A DNA stretch of 64,000 nucleotides, from the NCBI GenBank assembly GCA_965200315.1, contig OZ241362.1:4352001-4416000 (forward strand), given 5' to 3'. This document shows positions 20,801 through 29,719 of this stretch, piece after piece. The notes under the pieces are model-generated. The model ran no database searches. It was not told the DNA's origin and saw nothing but the letters and a program-made list of their open reading frames with translations. Each line of letters starts with the position of its first letter. The stretch's first letter is position 1. Source of the stretch: Candidatus Latescibacterota bacterium (GTDB lineage: Bacteria; Latescibacterota; UBA2968; UBA8231). The translations under genes and the position numbers were made by a program.

Positions 20801-21147
20801 TCTACTATAGTCGCGTCATCATAAAAAAGAGGCTCTACGCAGTCGTGGCGGGCTTGGGGATAGGCTTGATTATGTCCGGCGGCAACGCCGTTCACTTCGA
20901 CGAATTCCTCTTTGAATTGTTGACGTTTGGCACCAGCATCGGCTTCGTCGTCGCTGCAATCGTCTTGCTCTTGCGGAACAACCTCCTTGCCTACGTGTTA
21001 CTGGGATTCGTCTCAGTGCTCTCGGAGGTTAGGAGCCTCGGCGCGCTGTCCGCGCCGGCCTATCAGTTGCAAGCCGGCATTCTGTTGCTGCTGACTCTGC
21101 TAGTGGTCTTCTGCTTGTGGTGGCGCTTGGGCGCTGAGTACAGGTGA
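17806..21147 (+). CDS. Large polytopic membrane protein with CPBP (CAAX/Abi) intramembrane protease domain
   Basis: SEEFISR, WGFAH and WHYTID motifs; two internally similar extracytoplasmic plus TM halves. Confidence 0.8.
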   Translation: MEIKLTKKDLAFIGGCVLIAAVSLAVGVHYFYRAFPEASIDFRVTRDEAKEQAVDFIAARGFDLADYRHSAIFRYDDQTKTFLERELGLEGATQVIGDPVQLWRWSNRWVRELEKEEFQATVTTAGELVSFSHLVEEEAPGASLEEAEARRLAESFLTDELGRDLAALEFVEVQTQERPNRIDHTFSWKLRDFAVSEAYYRFYVRLQGDQIGGFGEYLKIPEAWQRDFAELRSRNETTGLVATTLLILTILAMLVSFFSGVRTRDIRWKTAAVFGGIAAVLTLLAELNNLPLTSFSYDTTDTYGSFLTRQLLNSLFAAAAQGILIFFLTAAAEPLYRRYYANQIQIGGQFTPAGLRTKRFLLGTILGLAMTPAFLAYQVLFYITAEQFGAWSPADIPYREMVNTYIPWIMVLLIGFMPAVSEEFISRAFSIPFLHKYLKSRWAAVFIAALIWGFAHAGYPQQPFYIRGIEVGIAGIVVGYIFLRFGILAPLVWHYTIDALYTSLILFRSSNSYFVVSAALSAGLMLLPLAVALVLYLRQRRFADPTPLLNKSAAPAEAVVADEPTARQPAAPEATFAYTPLSKRLMGWAAAVVVASLGFFALDYDKPLDFVDVRLTRGEAEAKAVEYLKATGAEPSAYEVVTYYQNQPNTLAIRYILERDSVAVVNRLYQEELLASLWVTRFFRYGEKEEYRVAVHPEDGSLYSINHLLAEEGEGADLKEAQAQAIAVQHLRSFGLDPERLDLKEASSEKLPNRRDHRFVFEAVEGDPRNVDELRYRVRVEIAGDEPVSIYRFLKVPEDWQRVRQESTTLKTALSGLLIVLIAAVVLHGLWLLVRRVRNEGIVWAPLIKIAAIGAAFFLLEFLNGLSVVERAYDTRLTLSIFTITQILSMALVSLGVGLMILAALGLATSLYPDWPARLRAARRVPEFRDAVIGVALVLVASETWQHLRGYVESRFISSDPTLGFGLPSGLDQYLPFWDSLSDGVMNAIFVPILAGLVLYYSRVIIKKRLYAVVAGLGIGLIMSGGNAVHFDEFLFELLTFGTSIGFVVAAIVLLLRNNLLAYVLLGFVSVLSEVRSLGALSAPAYQLQAGILLLLTLLVVFCLWWRLGAEYR

Positions 21148-22394
21148 TGGAGCTGATTTCCCACGCGGCCTTGCTGTGGGCATGGCTTGAACGCCTAGCG
21201 GCAGGGCTCCCGCGCTTCCTCATCTTCGCCACGGCGACGTACGTCGTCCTCTATTTTGCGACGCTGGCCTTGGTCTCTGGGGTGCATCGGCACTGGTGGC
21301 GCGTCGCTTGGTTCCGCCGTCTGTTCTACTGGCAGTTTCCCCTGACTCTATTAGGCGTGGTGTTCTGCGTCCTGAGCCGCTACCACGATGTGCCTTGGCT
21401 GTGGACCGTCGGCACGAGCCTGTTCTCGGCTCTCACTTTGTATCTCGGCGCGTTCTTCATCGCCGCCCTGCTGGTGACACCGGTCGTCTTGGGCGTCTCG
21501 CTCTACGACCGCTTGCGGCAAGGGGGGACCGAAGGGCCTAGCTCATTTGAGCGGCGGCACTTTCTCAGCCGCGGTCTCGCTGTGGTGCCTGCTCTTGGGG
21601 CGATGGGTGTCAGCCACGGAATCTACACCTCCTATACTCGCACGCGGATGCCCACAGTGCCGCTCCGCTATCCCGACCTGCCCGCCGAGTTAGAGGGCTT
21701 GAAGATTCTCCATCTCAGCGACATCCACATCGGGCCGTACGTCCAACTCGCCGACCTTGAAGCTCTGCTTGTGCAGGCGGCCCAAGCCGCACCGGACCTG
21801 ATTGTGATCACCGGCGATATATGCGACCACAACCCGGCGTACTTAGCTGCGTTGCGCCTGCTCGAAAGTGTACCGACTCGGCTCGGGGCCTACGCCAGCT
21901 TGGGCAACCACGAGTACATGCGCGGCATCCGCCGCATCCGCCGCTACTTCGACCAGACCGCGATTCCCTTGCTCGTGAACGAAGGGCTGTCGGTGCCTGT
22001 GGGCGCGGCGAGCCTCTACCTCGGCGGGGTTGACGATCCGCGCTGGCTGCGTGGCCCAGCTTCCTACGCGCAACTCCGCAACTCAGTGGAAGAGGCCGTA
22101 AGCGCGTCGCCGAGCGATGCCTTTACCTTGCTGCTGAGCCACCGTTCGCAAGCCCTCGACTACGCCGCGCCGCTCGGCAGCACCGACTTGATTTTGGCCG
22201 GCCACACGCATGGTTTTCAGCTAGGCATGGCTGGGCGCAGCTTTTTTGAGCCGTTCTTTCCCGAGCGCTATATCTGGGGACACTACGAAAAGGGAACCAC
22301 TCAGCTCTATACTACGGCCGGAGTTGGGCACTGGCTGCCCTTCCGCTTCGGCTGCCCGCCCGAGGCCCCAATCATCACTCTGCACCGAGCTTAA
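21144..22394 (+). CDS. Membrane-anchored metallophosphoesterase (YkuE-like)
   Basis: SDIH, TGD, GNHE, LSH, GHTHG motifs; N-terminal TM helices. Confidence 0.9.
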   Translation: MMELISHAALLWAWLERLAAGLPRFLIFATATYVVLYFATLALVSGVHRHWWRVAWFRRLFYWQFPLTLLGVVFCVLSRYHDVPWLWTVGTSLFSALTLYLGAFFIAALLVTPVVLGVSLYDRLRQGGTEGPSSFERRHFLSRGLAVVPALGAMGVSHGIYTSYTRTRMPTVPLRYPDLPAELEGLKILHLSDIHIGPYVQLADLEALLVQAAQAAPDLIVITGDICDHNPAYLAALRLLESVPTRLGAYASLGNHEYMRGIRRIRRYFDQTAIPLLVNEGLSVPVGAASLYLGGVDDPRWLRGPASYAQLRNSVEEAVSASPSDAFTLLLSHRSQALDYAAPLGSTDLILAGHTHGFQLGMAGRSFFEPFFPERYIWGHYEKGTTQLYTTAGVGHWLPFRFGCPPEAPIITLHRA

Positions 22395-22409
22395 AGAAAG
22401 GAAAATGCT

Positions 22410-23108
22410 ATGCGCATACTCGTAACCGGCGCGGCCGGTAGCGTCGGTTCTACTGTAGCCTGCGGTCTCAAGGGTCGCCACGAGGTGCGCGGCCACGACC
22501 GCGTGCCCATGCCCGATTTTGCCGATACGGTCGTCTCCGACCTTACCGACTTCGACGCCATACTAGAGGCTACTCGCGGTATGGACGCCGTTGCCCACAT
22601 TGGGGGCCTGCCCGGCGGCAGCGAGTGGGAGCCCATGATGGAGAGCAACTTCATCGGCACGTACAACGTCTTTGAGGCCGCCCGCCAAAACGGCGTCAAG
22701 CGCGTCGCCTATGCCAGCCGCGCCGGTGTCTTGAGTCTCTATCCGCGCAGCATTCACCGCACGGTTGATATGACTACTACCCCGGTGGGTATCTACACGG
22801 TCAGCAAGATCTTCGGCGAGGCGCTGGCCCACTCTTTTGCCCATCAGCACGATATGGAATTTGTCTGTGTGCGCATCGGCAACTTCAACCTCAAGCGCGA
22901 CCAGCCCGAACACCCGCACCATCTAAGCCACGGCGATTGCGTCCGGGTTTTTGAGCAGGCGCTGATTCATCCGGGCGTGAAGTTTGAAATCGTTTTTGGC
23001 GTGTCGGGTAGCAACTGGCCGCTCTACGATGTCGAACACGGCAAACGGGCGATTGGCTACGAGCCGCAGGATTATTCGGAGGTGCCGGAGGAGGAGTGGG
23101 GGAAGTAG
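22410..23108 (+). CDS. NAD-dependent epimerase/dehydrogenase (uronate dehydrogenase-like)
   Basis: TGAAGSVG, YTVSK, VRIG. Confidence 0.8.
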   Translation: MRILVTGAAGSVGSTVACGLKGRHEVRGHDRVPMPDFADTVVSDLTDFDAILEATRGMDAVAHIGGLPGGSEWEPMMESNFIGTYNVFEAARQNGVKRVAYASRAGVLSLYPRSIHRTVDMTTTPVGIYTVSKIFGEALAHSFAHQHDMEFVCVRIGNFNLKRDQPEHPHHLSHGDCVRVFEQALIHPGVKFEIVFGVSGSNWPLYDVEHGKRAIGYEPQDYSEVPEEEWGK

Positions 23109-23233
23109 GGCTGCTTAGCACCGATTACAGGAAGCCTTGTAACTACTAGAGCTAGTTACTCTTATTGAAGTGGCTGATAGTAATGAGTGCTTCGCTGATT
23201 GGAGCGACAAGCTATGAACACCATTCACACTTC

Positions 23234-23262
23234 TTGACGAGCTTCAGCATTAAGAGTATTAT
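23234..23262 (+). promoter_or_regulatory. Sigma70-type promoter of the dynamin operon
   Basis: TTGACG-17 nt-TATTAT, about 85 nt before ATG 23349. Confidence 0.6.
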
Positions 23263-23348
23263 AAACCTCCAAGTCAAAACCCCGAGCCGAAGAAGCGTTC
23301 TTGAAATCTCTCCTTACTAGCTAATTTTATGAGAAGGAAAGTTGAGCA

Positions 23349-25442
23349 ATGGATTACGAAAAACTCAAATCACATCAGACGGTTTTGCTAGACGTTTATA
23401 CATCCTTGAGTGAAACCCTTGAAGAAAAGGGAGATGAGATCTATTCGGAACTAAAGGCGATGAATGAGAATATAGAGGCGGAAAAATTTTTGCTCGCCGT
23501 CGTTGGAGAAGTAAAAGCAGGAAAATCGACCTTTATTAACGCGCTGCTCGGAGAAGAAATGTTGCCTTTTGATACTTTGCAAGCCACCTCTGAGATAGTT
23601 GAGATTTGTCACTCCGAAAAAAAAGAAGTTCAAGTAACCTTCGCTAATGGCACAACGCAAATAGTTGAGGATGATCCAGAAACGCCCCAAAATGAAGTAG
23701 TGCCATTTCTTAAAGAGATTGCTTCTGTCAACGAGGAATATCGCGACATCCCAATCGTTCAGGTCAATAGATTCTTGATTGATCATTATAGAGAGGCGGA
23801 GAGAAAAGCTGTATTTGAGGAGGTAAAATTAGAGGATTTCATTTCTGATCCTAGGCTTGAAAATACACACAATCTGGGAAAAGAGGAATTTGGAAACAAA
23901 ATTCATGAGTATATCGAGAAAAATATCTCATGTGATGAGATTCCCGAAAGAATCACTCTCGGTTATCCACATACTTTTTCTGAGTTCAAGCACTTTAGGA
24001 TTGTAGATACTCCGGGGATCAATGCGATTGGCGGAATAGAGGACCAAACGAAGGAGTTTATAAACCAAGCTGATGCGGTTATCTATCTGCATAAAGCAGG
24101 TCAGCTAGAAAGTAAAGCACTCCGTGATGCATTAGAAAATGAACTTTCTGAAAGAGTTAAAGATCGTATGATACTCGTCTTGACTCATGGAAGTCAGAGT
24201 GATGAAAATGAACGTAAGAGAATATTAGAGGCGACTGATAGTTATTATTCTAAGATCGGTTCAGATAATATCTTTTTTGTCGATAGTCTGACTGAGTTGT
24301 ATCTGCAAATTTTTTTCTATAACAAATCGATAGACGAAATCAAGGCTATTCGCAGGGAATATCCAGAGATAAGACGTTTAACTGCTGATTGTTTTGAGAT
24401 GGCGGAAGGAGACCAAAACGAGTTTTTCAGATTGTTAGAAAAGCAGGCGAACTTCAATCCGATTCGAGAAAGAATTAAAAAGGATGCACAAAATTCTGCT
24501 TCTATTCAAATGAAGGACTTTGCCGATGCCATACAAGAGCAATATGAAGCTCTTAACAATGAAATGGATGCATACATAGAATTTTTAAAAAGAGAAAATC
24601 AATCCCCTCAGTCTTTTGCATCGGAGATAAAAAAACAGAAATGTGAAATGGAAAGAATGAGAATTGATTACAATGAATTTACATCCAAACTTAGGGAAGA
24701 ATTCTCTCCCCGCGGTATGAATAGCAGGTACTATAAAAAAATAGATAAATTAGTGAAAAAATTTATTAATGAAATCAGTATGAAAGAATTTGACCCCAAC
24801 CAGCATAATGAAAAAACTATCCTGTCTTATTGCGAGAAATTGCGCCAAGATTTTAGTGATAAAATAACCAATTTTGTTGATTCACTAGAGGCAGACTTTA
24901 AAAAAACAATAGTGGATAGAAATGTTGAAGCGCAAAGTGATTACTCAATAACCGTGCCAATAATACCTCTGGGCAAGATATGGAATACCGCGTTCTTTTC
25001 AGCCCAGAATGAGAAAAATAAGCAATTAGACGAAGTAGAGAAGAGTAAAAAATCTTGGTCTGATTATTGGGAGATGCCTTTTGGGACGTCAATTTTAGTT
25101 ATAATAATAGATATAATAAAAAAAGAAAAAATAAAAGACAACATAATAAAAGACTTTCCGCAAAATCTTTGGGATAAAGTGAAGGGAGAACTCAAATCAA
25201 ATATCATAAAGGGTAAAACACGATTACAAGAAGAAATTGATGCGATGGTAGAGAGGTTCTGTGACGAATATAAGTATGGATTCGGTGGAGAACTTAAAAG
25301 GCGAAAACAGGATATGGAGGATATTGAAAAGAAGGAAAAAACAAATGAAGAGTTACATGGGGATATTTTAACTATGGAAGCTGAAAAAAAAAGCATCGAA
25401 GCCAATATCGATAAATGTGTAAGCGTCAAAAGGGAGCTGTGA
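23349..25442 (+). CDS. Bacterial dynamin-like GTPase
   Basis: G1 GEVKAGKSTFIN, G3 DTPG, helical stalk, hydrophobic tip PFGTSILVIII. Confidence 0.85.
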   Translation: MDYEKLKSHQTVLLDVYTSLSETLEEKGDEIYSELKAMNENIEAEKFLLAVVGEVKAGKSTFINALLGEEMLPFDTLQATSEIVEICHSEKKEVQVTFANGTTQIVEDDPETPQNEVVPFLKEIASVNEEYRDIPIVQVNRFLIDHYREAERKAVFEEVKLEDFISDPRLENTHNLGKEEFGNKIHEYIEKNISCDEIPERITLGYPHTFSEFKHFRIVDTPGINAIGGIEDQTKEFINQADAVIYLHKAGQLESKALRDALENELSERVKDRMILVLTHGSQSDENERKRILEATDSYYSKIGSDNIFFVDSLTELYLQIFFYNKSIDEIKAIRREYPEIRRLTADCFEMAEGDQNEFFRLLEKQANFNPIRERIKKDAQNSASIQMKDFADAIQEQYEALNNEMDAYIEFLKRENQSPQSFASEIKKQKCEMERMRIDYNEFTSKLREEFSPRGMNSRYYKKIDKLVKKFINEISMKEFDPNQHNEKTILSYCEKLRQDFSDKITNFVDSLEADFKKTIVDRNVEAQSDYSITVPIIPLGKIWNTAFFSAQNEKNKQLDEVEKSKKSWSDYWEMPFGTSILVIIIDIIKKEKIKDNIIKDFPQNLWDKVKGELKSNIIKGKTRLQEEIDAMVERFCDEYKYGFGGELKRRKQDMEDIEKKEKTNEELHGDILTMEAEKKSIEANIDKCVSVKREL

Positions 25443-26086
25443 TGGAACTTATCCACGCTGAGTGCATTTTCGCTGATATAGAATCTCTGATACAAGAAGT
25501 TAAAACGTATTTCAATGATCTTGACTTACAGAATATAGAAAGCGAAATATACGCATCGAGAATCGCTAACGAATTGGCTACCCGTCTCGAAAATATCAAC
25601 GGCGTCATACAGACAACACTGCTGATATATCTGGACAAAGATGCACGAAAAGAGATTTCAGGCTGGAAGCCGGTAGATCAAAATCGCTACTATGATGAGG
25701 GAATCCGGGAAAAGATTTCGTCACAAATACGTGAAACAGATTCCTTTTCTCCTCAAATTTTGCCCAAGAAATACATCAAAATTGCCTCTGGTGTTATTGC
25801 TGCCGGAGGACTTTATCGCGCCTTTTCATCTCCTGTTTCCTTCTATTCTGGGACTTTTATTTTTGGGATGTGTGTTGTGGTTGTGGCAGCAGGTATGTTT
25901 TTTTTCATTCCTCGTGTCGTGGATAAGAGCAATAAGAATAAGACTTTAGAAGAATTAGGTATTTATCTTGATGCAGTCGAGAAGAGATATAAAGAGCAGG
26001 CCCAAAAAATTATTGATGAGTATGTCTCCCTCTTCAACGAAATAACACTTGCAAAGGAAAAAGACGGTGGCAAATCTCAACAATAA
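25442..26086 (+). CDS. Helical protein with central hydrophobic hairpin, unknown function
   Basis: TGATG coupling to the dynamin stop; two hydrophobic segments IASGVIAAGGL and FIFGMCVVVVAAGMFFFI. Confidence 0.75.
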   Translation: MELIHAECIFADIESLIQEVKTYFNDLDLQNIESEIYASRIANELATRLENINGVIQTTLLIYLDKDARKEISGWKPVDQNRYYDEGIREKISSQIRETDSFSPQILPKKYIKIASGVIAAGGLYRAFSSPVSFYSGTFIFGMCVVVVAAGMFFFIPRVVDKSNKNKTLEELGIYLDAVEKRYKEQAQKIIDEYVSLFNEITLAKEKDGGKSQQ

Positions 26087-29000
26087 ATCATTAGCTCTTG
26101 AAAAACAAAAGGTGCAGGACCGGAAAGAGGGCGCAGAAGAACTCAATAAAATTTTTTCAGACCTTCTACCTTGGACCATTGAATCAAAAGATGCTGATAT
26201 TCTGGCAGAAAATACGATACAGGATTGGGATGGAATCAAGGGATTTCTTGATCCGATTTACTTGTTTCATATCGAAGAAATTTCTATTTCCGCAGATGCC
26301 GAAGATACGGCTGATTTGATCCATAAAAGACACCAGGCAGCAATTGTCGCCGCCTATCGGTCAGGCTATACGCTTACGACGATCATTTCAGGCGATGGGG
26401 GCGGTACTGTTGACATTTTTCTCGGCGTTAGCGGTGAGCAGGACGTGAAGGAGGTATTTGAGAAGCAGTTATTGGGGGTTTATCCCGGCAAAGGCGTCAA
26501 CTTTATGGAGGAATCCCATAACGAAAGAATCATAAGGGACAAAATAAAAAAGAAGCAATATAAACATGGCGGAGTTCTTACAGGGATACCTACACAGAAA
26601 ATAGACGGGGAAAAGCAGACATTCGACCTATCTTCGGTTATAAGAGGCATGAATGGTCAGGAATTTCTCTTGGCGATTGTCTCCCGTCCAGTTAAGAAGT
26701 CTGAGGCAGCACAACAACTCAGCGAATTGATGGAACTAAAAGATCGGTGCCATGAACTGGCAATTAGGAACATCGGTTTTGATGAGAATGTAGGTGTAAA
26801 TCAGAGCCAAGCGGTTCAAGAAACAGTGGGTGAATATGTATCTTTGGCGATATTCGGTTCTATTTCTATGGGACCTATCGGTGGGGGAGGTTCCAAAACA
26901 AAAACAGAATTCTCAAGCCATTCGGAAACAGATACCACCGGCTGGTCGAAAAGCATTGGACAAAGGCTTTCTTACGAGGCGCAGAATACTCTTGCGATGG
27001 AGTTGGAACATATCGCAGATAAGTTGATCACTAGGTTGCGTAATGGTTTGAACACCGGAATTTGGGAAAGTTTTATCACGTATGCGACTACATCCTCTAC
27101 GGCTTCGCAGATTTTATCTGGTACTCTGGCGGGGGAACTCATCAAGGCTGATCCCGAAGCCCTGCCTATGCGAAATGTCGCCGATGAGCTATCTGAAGAA
27201 GTTCCGCTCTTTATTCCCAAGCAGAGAGATGAAAAATCTCTTATAAAGGGGAATAAATTATTGTCGTTCGTGTCGAGCGATGAAGCCGCACTGCTCATGG
27301 CACCGCCGCTTTCTTCTGTGCCTGGTTATGATATCCGTGTCAAACCCGCATTGAGTCTGACAGATACCACAGTCCGATTGGGTCATCCAATTGGTCGTGT
27401 TTCTGAGCATGGAAGAATTGTGGAAGGCTCTGAGTTTAGAATTTCAAGAGAGGATGCCCGGAAACACATTTTCGTTTCTGGTCTTACCGGATCGGGGAAG
27501 ACGACCACAGTCAAGCACATTCTGGATTGCATTGACACGCCTTTCTTGGTGATTGAATCTGCTAAAAAAGAATACCGCAGATTACTATCTGAGGATAAAT
27601 ACAGAGCAAGTTTATACGTATATACTGTTGGAGATTCAAACGTTTCACCGATACGCCACAACCCCTTTATGGTCCTTCCTGGAATATCTATCATCACCCA
27701 TATTGATAATCTCAAGTCTATTTTTTACGCAAGCTTCTCGCTTTATGGGCCGATGCCCTATATACTCGAAAAATGTATTTATAACATCTACAAAGAGCGC
27801 GATTGGAATCTGACTACGGGCAAGCATCACCGCGTTACAATAGAAACTTTCGAGGACTGTCAGAATCATCGCTTTATCTATCCCACCATCAGAGATTTGA
27901 TCGATGAAGTGAACCGATATGTACAGAAAGACCTAGAATATAAGGGAGAACTAAAAGACAATATTCGCAGTGCGATTGTCGCTCGTCTCGAATCGTTAGC
28001 TGTCGGCGCGAAAGGGTTTCTCTTTAACACACACGATGCGATTGACATAGAGGGCTTTCTAGATAGAAACGTTGTGCTTGAACTCGAATCTCTTTCCGAC
28101 GATGATGATAAAGCATTCTTTGTTGGTTTGATGCTCTCTCTGGTGAGCGAATATCGACAATCTTTGACCCGTCAGAGTACTTTGGATGCCAATGATGCTC
28201 TACAGCATGTTCTGGTCATTGAAGAAGCGCACAGGCTGCTTAAAAACGTACAGACCGAGCGCACCAGTGAAATGCTGGGCAATCCCAAAGGGAAAGCCGT
28301 GGAGTCTTTTTGCAACCTCATTGCCGAGATGCGGTCTTACGGCCAAGGCGTAATTGTTGCAGAGCAAATCCCCACGAAAATAGCTCCCGATGTGATCAAG
28401 AATACCAATACAAAAATTATTCACAGGCTCGTTTCTTTGGATGACCAAATCGCCGTAGGCACAGGATTGGGGCTAGAAGAACACGAGTGTCGCTATCTAA
28501 ATCAGCTTTCTGCTGGCACAGCACTTGCACATAAAGAAGGAATGTCAAAACCCGTCGAAATTTCCGTCTTTAATAAACTTCAGAATGAGCCAATGGGAGA
28601 TCTGCGAATCGAGCGTTTGGGCAAGGAAATCAATCCATATTTAGAAACAAAACTTGAACTACACGAGAGCGGCTTGTTAGAAAGCGAACATCTGAAAGCA
28701 ATCGCTCTGAGATTGGTCAATTCGTTTTTCCTCTCAAAATTTGAACTCGACGACCTATTGCCTGATGCAGTAACAACAGTCAAAAAGATAGAGCAACTTA
28801 CGTACGTCGCAGATGAAACCATAATTCGTGCATTGCGCGAATGGTTTTATCGAAGCTTATTTTCTTCAACTTTGGGTTTTGTGAAGGAAAAACCGATTGA
28901 CCAAGAGATTTTAAGTATTGTTAGTCGGCTTTGGGACGATTCTACTCGTTTTGATCGAGGAAGATTTATATATGAATTTGATAAGTGGCTGGGAGATTGT

Positions 29001-29159
29001 AGTCGAGATCGGATCAAGGAGAATATATCGGGCGATGTGATTTCTGAATACAGCGTGAAGAAGACAGAGATAGAGAAGATCGTTGACAAAATGCTGATTG
29101 TCGATGACCGAGAGATTAAACTAAAAATAATGACCGCTGTTAGAAAGAGGATTATGTGA
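26067..29159 (+). CDS. HerA/FtsK-superfamily (DUF87-type) ATPase with large N-terminal domain
   Basis: Walker A GLTGSGKT, Walker B VLVIEEAH, EMRSYG, AEQIP, NTNTKIIHRL; GTG start after AAGGA. Confidence 0.85.
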   Translation: MANLNNKSLALEKQKVQDRKEGAEELNKIFSDLLPWTIESKDADILAENTIQDWDGIKGFLDPIYLFHIEEISISADAEDTADLIHKRHQAAIVAAYRSGYTLTTIISGDGGGTVDIFLGVSGEQDVKEVFEKQLLGVYPGKGVNFMEESHNERIIRDKIKKKQYKHGGVLTGIPTQKIDGEKQTFDLSSVIRGMNGQEFLLAIVSRPVKKSEAAQQLSELMELKDRCHELAIRNIGFDENVGVNQSQAVQETVGEYVSLAIFGSISMGPIGGGGSKTKTEFSSHSETDTTGWSKSIGQRLSYEAQNTLAMELEHIADKLITRLRNGLNTGIWESFITYATTSSTASQILSGTLAGELIKADPEALPMRNVADELSEEVPLFIPKQRDEKSLIKGNKLLSFVSSDEAALLMAPPLSSVPGYDIRVKPALSLTDTTVRLGHPIGRVSEHGRIVEGSEFRISREDARKHIFVSGLTGSGKTTTVKHILDCIDTPFLVIESAKKEYRRLLSEDKYRASLYVYTVGDSNVSPIRHNPFMVLPGISIITHIDNLKSIFYASFSLYGPMPYILEKCIYNIYKERDWNLTTGKHHRVTIETFEDCQNHRFIYPTIRDLIDEVNRYVQKDLEYKGELKDNIRSAIVARLESLAVGAKGFLFNTHDAIDIEGFLDRNVVLELESLSDDDDKAFFVGLMLSLVSEYRQSLTRQSTLDANDALQHVLVIEEAHRLLKNVQTERTSEMLGNPKGKAVESFCNLIAEMRSYGQGVIVAEQIPTKIAPDVIKNTNTKIIHRLVSLDDQIAVGTGLGLEEHECRYLNQLSAGTALAHKEGMSKPVEISVFNKLQNEPMGDLRIERLGKEINPYLETKLELHESGLLESEHLKAIALRLVNSFFLSKFELDDLLPDAVTTVKKIEQLTYVADETIIRALREWFYRSLFSSTLGFVKEKPIDQEILSIVSRLWDDSTRFDRGRFIYEFDKWLGDCSRDRIKENISGDVISEYSVKKTEIEKIVDKMLIVDDREIKLKIMTAVRKRIM

Positions 29160-29704
29160 TGGTTATTGAGACCGCCGCAATAGGTACGATTGCCGCGGAA
29201 ACCGCTGAAGTTGCTGTTGTGGAAACCACAGAAGCGACAATTGCTGAGAGCCTCCCTGAAGTAAGTGGGGTAACGGAGTTGAGCGAGACTCTTTCTGCAA
29301 TCCAGAAAGAGGTCCCTCGGGAAATCCTCAACGAGAAGGTTGATACGATGCTCCAAGATGAGGCTTTTCGTGCTAAAATTTTGGAAGCAACATATCCCGA
29401 TTTCTCTGAACATTGTAGCTTTGAGACCTATCTTCCAAAGGAAAAATTCTTGGAAAGCGATTATCAGCATTTCAAATATTCTAACGAACAGTTGCACCAA
29501 GCCTGTGAAAATGGCCATCTCGATTCAGCTCAATTCACAGACAGGCAATTGGAACAGATCCGCAATGGAGATAAGCCCGAAGGATATACCTGGCACCACC
29601 ATGAAGAACCGGGACGCATGCAGTTGGTAGATTCTGAAATACACGCCAGGACCCCGCATACAGGTGGCCGTAGCTTGTGGGGTGGTGGAAGTGAAGCCAG
29701 ATAG
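29156..29704 (+). CDS. WHH-type HNH/ENDO VII nuclease toxin
   Basis: YPDF ... PEGYTWHHHEEPGRMQLV ... HARTPHTGG signature. Confidence 0.85.
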   Translation: MMVIETAAIGTIAAETAEVAVVETTEATIAESLPEVSGVTELSETLSAIQKEVPREILNEKVDTMLQDEAFRAKILEATYPDFSEHCSFETYLPKEKFLESDYQHFKYSNEQLHQACENGHLDSAQFTDRQLEQIRNGDKPEGYTWHHHEEPGRMQLVDSEIHARTPHTGGRSLWGGGSEAR

Positions 29705-29719
29705 CAAAGAGAGCACACT

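Noticed and set aside
25384-25392. A9 tract in the dynamin gene as a phase-variation switch
   Set aside because: A-runs are expected in this AT- and Lys-rich gene, and it lies at the extreme 3' end.
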